Positions 11,901-21,330 of a stretch of 64,000 nucleotides of DNA are shown one piece after another. Source of the stretch: Macrostomum lignano (Eukaryota); contig NIVC01003998.1 of the NCBI GenBank assembly GCA_002269645.1, positions 1,849 through 65,848 on the forward strand, given 5' to 3'. Position numbers and translations under genes: made by a program. Within the stretch, counting starts at the first letter, position 1; every line of letters begins with the position of its first letter. The notes under the pieces are model-generated. The model searched no databases. It saw only the letters and a list, made by a program, of their open reading frames with translations, and was not told where the DNA came from.

Positions 11901-14900
11901 TTTTTAAGGATCGAGTTCGTTTCTTAGGATTCGTCGTCTCCTCCCAGGGCATAGAAGCAGATCCGACTAAGATCGACGCTGTTAGAAACTGGTGCAAGCC
12001 AACAGACAAGAGGCAATTACTAGCTTTTCTTGGATTCGCGAATTACTACAGGAAATTTGTAGCTCGATTTTCTGTAATCGCATCTCCTCTGTATTCGTTG
12101 GCCAAAGGGTCATCAAAATTCTGTGGCTCGAACATCACGACAGAGCATTTGAAGAGTTGAAGGCCAATTTATGTGCTCCTCCAGTTCTAGCATATCCTGA
12201 CCTCAAGCCGTCAGCTGGGCCCTTCATCTTGGACTGTGACTCCTCGCTCGAAGGAGTTGGCGGAGTATTGTCACAAGAAGGCCCAGATGGACAAGAGCAC
12301 GTTGTGGCGTACGCGTCCAAGAAATTCACGCACTCCCAGCGGAACTATTGTGCTACTATGCGCGAACTACTTGGCTTGGTCATTATGTTAGAACACTTCA
12401 GAACGTACTCTTGGACCGCAGTTTTCTGGTGCGTTCCGATGCAGCAGCCTTGCAGTGGCTGCACACCAAAAAACATAGCACGGGCATGCTAGCTCAGTGG
12501 CTGGCAACCATTGACGTCTACAACTTTAAGGTATGTCAGACACCACTGGAACGACTTGCGGAGTATGACTTCTCAGTGGAGCATCGTCCTGGCCGTGATC
12601 ATGTTAACGCGGATATGCTCAGCCGCAACCCCAGGTTTAGGTCAGATCACCATGACTGCCCAACGTGCAGCAAAATCCCTGCTTTCCAAGACAAATTTAG
12701 GAAGTTGGAGGAGCAAAGGTGCCAGGACGAGGATGAGGATACAGACAGCATGCCCGCTGTGCAGCTGAGAACAGCACAAATAGACGCTTGCTGCCAGACG
12801 GAGCCCCACCAATCAAACCAAGAGCCGAAGTATCCTTCCGAGATTTTGACCAGCCATGAAGGGTCGGATGAGGTCAGAAGCCATCGGTCCTTAGCTTGCC
12901 TTCGACAGCCCAGGAACCGGACCCGGAGGGAGAAACATCTGAGGATGAGATGTCAGAAAATTCCGAGAATCTATGGGCTAGAGAAGCTCAAGAATCTAGC
13001 ACAGATCTCGTGAGATTGATTGAGGCCGTTGAAGGGAAATCTCCAAGACTAACTAAGGTTGAAGTCCAGGACTGCAGTCGTGAAATTCGAACGCTTTGGG
13101 CCATGTTTGACGAACTCGAGGTTGTAAATGGCCTTCTGACTCGCGTCAAACCCGCTAAGCAGGGCCAAGTCAGTCAGCGACTCATAATCATACCAGAGAC
13201 AGCAGATGTTGATGAGCTAGTTTCCTGCTATCACAGAGACATTAATCACTGCGGAATCAACAAAACAGTCCGGGCCTTAAAACAAAGGTTCCAAATCACA
13301 AACCTCGAAGTATTCGTGAAGGGAATCATTGCTGAATGCGAGGTATGCTGCCGCACTAAGAAGAACAAACGGAAGAATAAACAACCATTAGAACCAATTT
13401 TATCAGGCTATCCAAATCAAATTGTGCACGTTGACCACGCAGGGCCTTTCCCAGAGCAGGAGGGCAACCGTTACTTGCTGGTGCTAGTAGATAACTTTTC
13501 TGGGTATGTAGAGATCGTGCCTGTCCCAGACGTCTCGGCCGCAACTACCGCCACAGTTATACTAACCGAGTGGATAGTTCGATATGGCACTATGGAGAAA
13601 CTTGTTTCGGATAATGGCACGGCCTTCATAAATAAAACGGTAGCGGAGCTCACCAGACTACTTGAAATAGACATGGCACGTATCACCGCACACAGGCCGC
13701 AATCAAACGGTAAAGCGGAAAGGACCATACAATCAATCAAAGCGCAGATTCGTGCAATTTGCCTTGAAAAAAGAGTCAATTGGGTCTATGCAGCTCGTTT
13801 GGCCGGTCTTTCAATCCGGACGACTGTGGCCGAATCCACAGGCTGGACCCCAGCCAGGCTCTTTTTCGGTCGGGAACTTGTGCTGCCTCTAGACCTACTG
13901 TTCAACCCGCCAAGGCACGACAGGTATGATCCAGACTGTTATGCACACAAGCTGCACAAACTATTGGTGGAGGTATCGGCGATCGCCCGCATGGAGCGGG
14001 GTAAGGCCCAACAGAGGCAAAAGCGGAATTATGATCGTAATACCATTCACTCCAACTTCGAAATCGGAGAACTGGTGTGGGTACTCAACCCCGACCATCG
14101 GGGATTAGACTCAGCCGTCTGGTTAGTGCCATACAAAGTAGTTCAAAAGGTTTCTGAGCGAAACTACCGCCTCATTCCCGAATTCGCTCGCATCAATCCA
14201 ATCTGCCAAACACCAAATCCGAGTCATAACATCTACAACGTAGACCGAATGAAGCGGTGTATCCGCAAGCAAACGTACCAAGATATCGCCGACCGGTTCG
14301 AACTCAGGGTCCCAGCTCTGATTCCACCTTCGAGATTAGGCCAACTGGATGATCAATCCGAGTCTCGCAGTGACTCCTGGGGTTCATCGGCCACTACCTG
14401 CAGTGAGCCGGAACCAGAAGCTGAAGTTCCCAACACACAAGATGACGAAGCGCCTGATCCACCGCACACATCAGCGCCTGATCCACCACACACACCAGCG
14501 CCTGATCCACCGCGCACATTAGCGCCTGATCCACCGCACACATCAGCGCCTGATCCACCGCACACATCAGCGCCTGATCCACCGAACACATCAGCGCCTG
14601 ATCCACCGCGCACATCAGCGCCTGATCCACCGCATCCACCAGCGCCTGGTCCACCGCACACATCAGCGCCTGATCCACCGCACACATCAGCGCCTGATCC
14701 ACCGCGCACATCAGCGCCTGATCCACCGCACCCATCAGCGCCTGATCCACCGCGCACAGTAGCGCCTGATTTTCTGTGCACATCGTCGCCTGATCGTTTA
14801 GCACGAAACCAGTCGCCAAGCTTGCCTAGCGCTTTCGTAGAAGTGGCAGACTCGGGGAATCTGCAACAGGATTACCAGGTACCTGAAATTGGTGCAGAAG

Positions 14901-15208
14901 TGGAAGTACCGCAGAACAACACAGAAGAACAGCTGCCAGAATCTCGAGTCCATGAAAGCAGCACTACCATGCCTGCAATGGACGGCTTGCGTCCAGAAAG
15001 TCCAACGAGTGGCAGCCATTGTAGTCAAGAGACACCACCAGCGCAAGATACCGTGGATAGTGATAAAGTGGAAGCATTTCCAGCTGGTCCAGTCACTACG
15101 CCAATTACGACGACCCGTTCCGGCCGTCTGGTGCGTAAGCCTCAGCGTTTCTTGAACACTATAGTGCGTCTGTGTTCGAGGAACGGACATTTAAGCAACA
15201 GCGCCTAG
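8984..15208 (+). CDS. gag-pol: Gag-Pol polyprotein (Gag, CCHC knuckle, cold-shock-like domain, aspartic protease, dUTPase-like spacer, RT, RNase H, integrase), broken by three -1 frameshifts in this sequence
   Basis: ATG 8984. CNRCSDHDHLTADC at 10010-10051; LDSG at ~10430; YLDD at 11783; RNase H DCDSS...RNYCATMRELL; integrase H-H-C-C plus VDHAGP/SDNG/AER triad; terminal TRSGRLVRKPQRF. The frame shifts near 12120, 12408 and ~12872, each restorable by adding one nucleotide. Confidence 0.93.
14450..14785 (+). repeat. In-frame 24-bp tandem repeat encoding (APDPPHTS)x~14 in the integrase C-terminal tail
   Basis: GCGCCTGATCCACCGCACACATCA units, translated in the 12896-15208 ORF. Confidence 0.92.
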
Positions 15209-15566
15209 CGTTTAACCTTAATGGGGCTTACTTGGGGTCATTGCTCACTACTAATGATTTGTAACTGACAAAAAAAACTTTAAAAAAATCCAAAAATATT
15301 GAAATGGAAATATTCGAATACGACATTGCAGCAGTCGTTAAAGTAACCATGAAAAGGTAAATTTGAGTTTTCAGTTTTCAGTGCTGGTGGTCTGCTTTGG
15401 TTTTCACACATATCGTTTGCCTTGGCTGTGTTGCGGGCTATCGTTGCTGCAACGCTCTAAGCCTGGTGTGAAACTTTCCTAGCTTTCTTGTGCCTTTCCA
15501 CCTTAGGTTCTTTTCTTTCGTCTTTGGGGGGGGGGTTCTGCAGTTGTAGTTATTAAGGGGGGGGGG

Positions 15567-16358
15567 ATGGGTCTCCTGCCAGCCACCATCGGCCTCCTGC
15601 CGGCTACCATCGGCCTCCTGCTGGCTACCATCGGCCTCCTGCTGGCTACCATCGGCCTCCTGCCGGCTACCATCGGCCTCCTGCCGGCTACCATCGGCCT
15701 CCTGCCGGCTACCATCGGCCTCCTGCCGGCCACCATCGGCCTCCTGCCGGCTACCATCGGCCTGCTCCTGCCGGCTACCATCGGCCTCCTGCCGGCCACC
15801 ATCGGCCTCCTGCCGGCTACCATCGGCCTGCTCCTGCCGGCTACCATCGGCCTGCTCCTGCCGGCTACCATCGGCCTCCTGCTGGCTACCATCGGCCTCC
15901 TGCCGGCTACCATCGGCCTCCTGCCGGCTACCATCGGCCTCCTGCCGGCCACCATCGGCCTGCTCCTGCCGGCTACCATCGGCCTGCTCCTGCCGGCTAC
16001 CATCGGCCTCCTGCTGGCTACCATCGGCCTCCTGCCGGCTACCATCGGCCTCCTGCCGGCTACCATCGGCCTCCTGCCGGCTACCATCGGCCTCCTGCCG
16101 GCTACCATCGGCCTGCTCACGCCGGCTACCATTGGCCTCCTGCCGGCCACCATCGGCCTGCTCCTGCCGGCTACCATCGGCCTGCTCCTGACGGCTACCA
16201 TTGGCCTCCTGCTGGCTACCATCGGCCTCCTGACGGCTACCATCGGCCTCCTGCCGGCCACCATCGGCCTGCTCCTGCCGGCTACCATCGGCCTAATGCC
16301 GGCTACCATCGGCCTCCTTTGGCGTTTCGTTCGCTCGTATGCCTTAATCCACTTTTGA
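15567..16358 (+). CDS. Putative third ORF in the env position made of (LLPATIG)n repeats
   Basis: True ATG at 15567 after a G10 run. The 263-aa ORF spans about 34 units of 21 or 24 bp and ends WRFVRSYALIHF*. It could also be a non-coding minisatellite. Confidence 0.4.
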   Translation: MGLLPATIGLLPATIGLLLATIGLLLATIGLLPATIGLLPATIGLLPATIGLLPATIGLLPATIGLLLPATIGLLPATIGLLPATIGLLLPATIGLLLPATIGLLLATIGLLPATIGLLPATIGLLPATIGLLLPATIGLLLPATIGLLLATIGLLPATIGLLPATIGLLPATIGLLPATIGLLTPATIGLLPATIGLLLPATIGLLLTATIGLLLATIGLLTATIGLLPATIGLLLPATIGLMPATIGLLWRFVRSYALIHF

Positions 16359-16590
16359 TTCCTTCTGACCGTTTGTCTCTCAATTAATTTTTCGCGAATA
16401 TACAATAGTTATATTACTGAATTTTATATCGTTACTTATTGCTTAATCGATCGTCTACTGCTTTTATTCCCAACCAATATTTGTGGAGTTCGAGTGCGCT
16501 CAAATAACAACTTTCGTTGACAGTTTATTACATTTTAAGCCCTGTTATTTTCGAATTCATAAGATCGCCAGGCCGTTCCCTAATTTTTGC

Positions 16591-16603
16591 GGAAAGGGGC
16601 GGA
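16591..16603 (+). promoter_or_regulatory. Polypurine tract
   Basis: GGAAAGGGGCGGA immediately before the 3' LTR. Confidence 0.85.
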
Positions 16604-17054
16604 TGTAACGTCGTCGCTTCTGTATTGAAAATGTTCAATTTCGTATTTATGGTTTTTGCAATTAATATTTAAAACTATATCTATTTTGGTCTAATGTTTG
16701 TAACTATTTTTTAGTTACTTTCCCCATTTGGTTTAATTTTGTTTTTCTATTTTCAATTAGTGCAGTTATTCAAATTTTGCTTCTTGATAGTTTTTGTGTA
16801 GTGTCCTGCGCTCTGTGTGTTGGTCTTAGGTCCCGTAGGCTGGGTGGCATTAGCATTATATTATCGTCTCAGATTACCCTTTGGTAAATAGTTGGCATTG
16901 CCATACTGCTTCTGACCTACTCACCATTATTCAGACTAGCAATTGAGTTGTTAAATTAATAATACGTATATTGGCCTAGGACAAGATCAACACTCAGACT
17001 CAGCACGCGCACGCGCATCAGTCCCATGTTCTCGAACTAAATAAACTCGTCACA
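16604..17054 (+). repeat. 3' LTR (451 bp)
   Basis: Identical to the 5' LTR except TTAGGTCCCG versus TTAGTCCCG. Confidence 0.97.
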
Positions 17055-17149
17055 CTTTCAAGTTAAAAAACTCCCCGACAACTTTTATCATCTTTTTTCA
17101 TCCGATCGATGATTGTATAGCCTACATGGCAGCCGTGCATTTAAGCTCC

Positions 17150-17412
17150 AATATTAGAGACGCGGCCACCCACCGTGCCCATAAGTGTGAACCCAGTCAA
17201 TATTAACGACACGGCTGCCGTGCAAGTTTTAATGACACGGCGACCGTGTCTCTAATAGTGACTAGGTCCATACTTATAGACACCGTGTCTATAATGCAGA
17301 AACTTAGAAACACGGCGGCCGTGTCTATAAGTATGGACCTAGTCACTATTAGAGACACGGCCGCCGTGTCTATAAGTTTTTGCATTATAGACACGGTCGC
17401 CGTGTCTCTAAG
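17150..17412. repeat. Palindromic repeat-family element built from GACACGGC(G)GCCGTGTC units
   Basis: Perfect 40-bp inverted arms at 17244-17283 and 17321-17360. Related copies occur at ~7468-7495 and, decayed, at ~52225-52555. Confidence 0.75.
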
Positions 17413-18321
17413 TGTGGCGTATCTGAAATTCATCATTATGTTATACATATTTGATATGATATCTTAAATATCGTTTTTGTTTCATTGTTTGACACCATAT
17501 TTGTGATAGGGCAAACATAGTAATTTATAATTAAAATAGTTAAGTTATTCATATTGACTTAGCCTTAGAGGGTATCAGTCGTTTCGGTGACAGATGCTTC
17601 AGTGACAAATAGGCCCTAGTCATTTCAGTGACAAGTTGCTTTTGTGATAGGCCTAGACACACATTACTTTTGATGAAAAAAAAATGTCATGCTCATTGAC
17701 AGTTTAGGCCCTAGTAGAAAGAGGCACTTTATAAAATTAGCTTGTAGTTATTTTGTTAAGATTTTAGTGTTTTGTACTATATTTTAAAATTTTTGTTAAA
17801 AGATTCAGGTCTAATAATACCAATGTACATTAATACCAATGTTTTTTGAGTAGGACTTCAAATTTCATAATGCATGTAAAATAATTTTAGGGATTAAAGT
17901 TTGAATTCAGTGAGTTTAAAATCCATGATTTTTAATAGCTTATAAAAAATTAAATATAGGCCTAAACTATTTGCTTTCATTGTTATGCATCTTTTTAATA
18001 GGCCTAGGCTTTGTGTTTCAATTCTAGCATATAGTAGGCCTAATAGTCAATGACATATAGTCAAGTAATCAAATTAATCAATAATATATAGTAAGGTAAA
18101 CCTGATCTGAGATAACTAAAATCTAGTTGTTTTTATTGTTTTACTATGCTCTTTTATTGTACTAATTAATGCTATGTTTTAAATAAAGAATTTTCAATAA
18201 ATTAAATATTGGACATGCAATAAAATGCTTTCTGATAAAAATGACATGGCTTTATAGAAAATAAAAAGATATTTCTATTTTTCAATCATTGAATTGTGGC
18301 CATTCCAAATGTACATATATA

Positions 18322-18715
18322 CATAGGGGGTCACTGGGATGGCCAAAGTCGGGCCCAGGTCGGACCTGGGAATGAGGACTTGGGCCCGGGTCAGGCCTCA
18401 AGAATTTGGGACAAGATCTTTAGGATAGCTAAATAATTGGAAAAAAATCATTCTAATAAATCTTAATACTTTTAGCATATATGGATTACTATTAAATATA
18501 TAATAAATATGATTATTATTTAATACATTAGTTAAGACTTAAGAATAGACAAGAGTTACATTACAAGACTTAATACTCAAATATTTGCACGCGATTAGTG
18601 CCTTTAGGGAAAAAAGACTTGTCCCAATTGCCTGAATTTTTTAGGGTTGGGCCACAATTTTGGTTGGGATTCCCAACTTTTTGGGCCCAGGCCTAGGACT
18701 GGGTTGCCCCCTATG
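18322..18715. mobile_element. Possible small MITE with CATAGGGGG...CCCCCTATG termini
   Basis: 9-bp terminal inverted match and GGGCCC subterminal repeats; no clear TSD. Confidence 0.35.
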
Positions 18716-18719
18716 CATA

Positions 18720-19909
18720 TGAGAAGTGTCTCAAAAGTTTGTGCACTTTCTTCACTATAGCCTTTTCTAACCAATCAGAAATATTTAGTCTAGGCGAATT
18801 GCAGTTGAAAAGAGAATTATCTGCCTGTTTAAATGACTTTCTATTTATTTCTATAGCATTATTAAGATATTAACATTTTTCTGCCCTACATCCTGTGCTA
18901 CTTTTATAAATTTCTATAGACCAAGACTTAACCTGATGCACAAAACAACAAAACATTCAACGAATCAACAAAACATCTACAACATGAAAGCTAAGGAAAG
19001 ACTAGTCAAAAGTTAATCAATAATAATCAACATTGTCTTGAGGCTTCTCCACATAGTCATTGTGCTATATACACTTCTGCCATTGGCTATACATATTGTC
19101 AATGTCATCAGCAAAATCTGAGTCCAGCATCTCATGAAAGAAAACTTGGCAAGTCAATGCTTCTAGGCTCCCACAACAAGCAAGATTTGTCTACACAGCA
19201 GCTTCTTCATCTTTGCAAAGATAGCAAAGTCAATTAGTGACAAATCAGGAGAGTAGGGGTAGGTATAAAAGTAGCACAAAATTTGCCTGCTCAATCGTCT
19301 CCATATTCTTGGCCATGTGGGGATATGCATTGTCATTGTGCAAAGGTATGGAGCCACAATACCTAGTAGGCTGAGATCTTTGACAGTTCCAACTCCTCAG
19401 TCATTGCAAAGTGACTGAGTGAACAGTGAACTTTGGACTGCCGAGCATGTTTACAATCTCACAAACTGTCAATCTGGCATCAGTGTCAAGCAATTCCTGA
19501 ATTTGTCAATGCCATTGCTGATGAAATTGACAGCATGCATAGCCAATGACAGAAGTGTATGCAGCACAGTGATGACTATGTAGAGAAGCCTTAGGATAAC
19601 AAATGTTGATAATTAACTTTTGACTGTTCTTTCCTCAGCTTTCATGTTGTAGATATTTTATTGATTTGTTGAATGTTTCGTTGTTTCATGAATTAGGTAC
19701 AAAGTCTTAGTCTATAGCAATTTGTAAAAGTAGCATGGAATGAGGGAAGAAAAGTGTTCATATCTCAAGAATGCCAGCAGATACTAAAAAAATAGAAAGT
19801 CTTTTTAATAGCAGATAATTCTCTTTTCAACTGCTACAAACTAAATATTTCTAATTGGTTAGAAAAGGCTGTAATGAAAAAAGTGCACTGACTTTTGGGA
19901 TATCCCTCG
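18720..19909 (-). mobile_element. Decayed mariner-derived element with ~390-bp inverted arms and internal transposase remnants
   Basis: TA-flanked termini of the TACGAGGGATATCCCAAAAGT type (left copy decayed). Arms ~18720-19110 and ~19515-19909 are inverted. The minus-strand interior gives RLTVCEI..., a HDNA.PH-like motif and YPYSPDL (mariner YSPDL). Confidence 0.8.
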
Positions 19910-20438
19910 TAGCTACTCAACTAAATCTACTTTATAGTGTCTATTTGTACATTCTGGGAAAATATGCACATATAAAAATAGGTGCAGTCAACAAAATGTC
20001 ATGTAAGCCCATATATTGTATGGTTAGAATGATAGAGGCCAAAGTTAAAGACTTAAGCAATAGATTTTGTCATATATACATTATATAATTAGGATAGTAG
20101 GAGCTAAAGTTAAGATAATGCAATCTCTTAGCAATTTTTACTATATTTGCTAATAATAAATAAAACAACTTATTTAATATAAGTGATTAGTTAAACTATT
20201 GCTATCATTTTATTTCAATATTATATTATAGTAAATGATAGAAAAACTATTATTGTATTTAAAACCATTAAGTTTAACCTATAGAAAGTTAGAAAATTAT
20301 ATACTGTAGATATAGATATTGAATACAAATAAGCTAAGAAAAAATTTAGACATGGCTATAAATATATAATTATATAGTTATACAACTATCTAACTACAAA
20401 ACCATTAGACTATTGGCCAAAAAGAGAACTTTTAGCTA

Positions 20439-21090
20439 TCTCTACATATAAAAGTCAAAACTCTATCTGTCTATTTTGTGTACAATTTTGATTGCTATGG
20501 ACTCCCAAACCTCTCAACCAAATGACACCAAACTTTACACCCACCCTAAACTTACTACAGAGAATGTCTTCGGCTACCTTTAAATTTCCTAGACTCAAGT
20601 TTTCTTAGCTAAAAGTACAAAAATGTGCAAATGCAGAAAATGCAAATTTTTTTCACTAAATCCTCCATAGTGCCACTCCACTTCCACCAATTCTCATCAA
20701 ATTTGACACAGATACTCTTATAAAATTTTGAGTCTCCAAGTTAATCCTGAACAGTGCTGTGCACTTTTAAAGTTAGGCTGTTTTTTGTCAGCAAGAAAGC
20801 CACCCTAACCTCCACCCACCTGCCTCTCTTTCCCCATCTGAGCAAAGGGTGTAAATAGGTTTTAAAATGACTAACTTTTGGCTGCTATAAGTTTGCTCCA
20901 CGTAAAGCAATTTGACACAATTCTTTATTGACCCATTCTCTGTCTAAATGTAAAGTCTCAACTTTGTATCTCAATCAGGACAGAAACTGTAAGCATGTGA
21001 AGTTTGTCTGCTTTTCTATTGTTTGTGCCACTCTTCCAACTCATTTCCCCAGACAAAGGATCAAGCGATAGGGCTCAGTGAACATAGTGA
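20439..21090 (+). mobile_element. Possible non-autonomous Helitron
   Basis: The start TCTCTACATATAAAAG...TCTATCTGTC...GCTATGGACTCCCAAAC...ACCAAACTTT resembles common Helitron 5' ends. The 3' hairpin/CTRR end was not confidently found. Confidence 0.4.
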
Positions 21091-21234
21091 ATGTAAAGTA
21101 TTTTGGAATAACTTTTTAATAGCCTTCTCTGTATCCCCGCGAGTGGAGAGACATGGAGAGGAGAGTTTACCAAAAGATTCAAACCACTGTCCTCTGTATA
21201 GACAAGTCTGCAGCAGTTAAACAAGGATAGCAAA

Positions 21235-21330
21235 TAGGGATTGCAAATCCCGGCTGTTCTATAATCCTGGGATCCCAGACAAAGAAATGACTCAATCCTG
21301 GGATCCCTGACCCAATCCCGGGATTGACAT
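21235..21330 (+). mobile_element. hAT-like terminal fragment
   Basis: TAGGGATTGCAAATCCCGG followed by ATCC(C/T)GGGAT subterminal repeats; partner end not found. Confidence 0.45.

Larger units (their letters stand above)
7893..17054 (+). mobile_element. Full-length Ty3/Gypsy LTR retrotransposon, very recent insertion
   Basis: Two TG...CA LTRs (450 and 451 bp) identical except one G; TSD CTTT at 7889-7892 and 17055-17058; PBS and PPT present; domain order Gag-PR-RT-RH-INT. Confidence 0.97.

Noticed and set aside
12100-12130. Programmed ribosomal frameshift in pol
   Set aside because: The shift falls inside the RT connection region with no X XXY YYZ slippery site; a single-base deletion explains it better.
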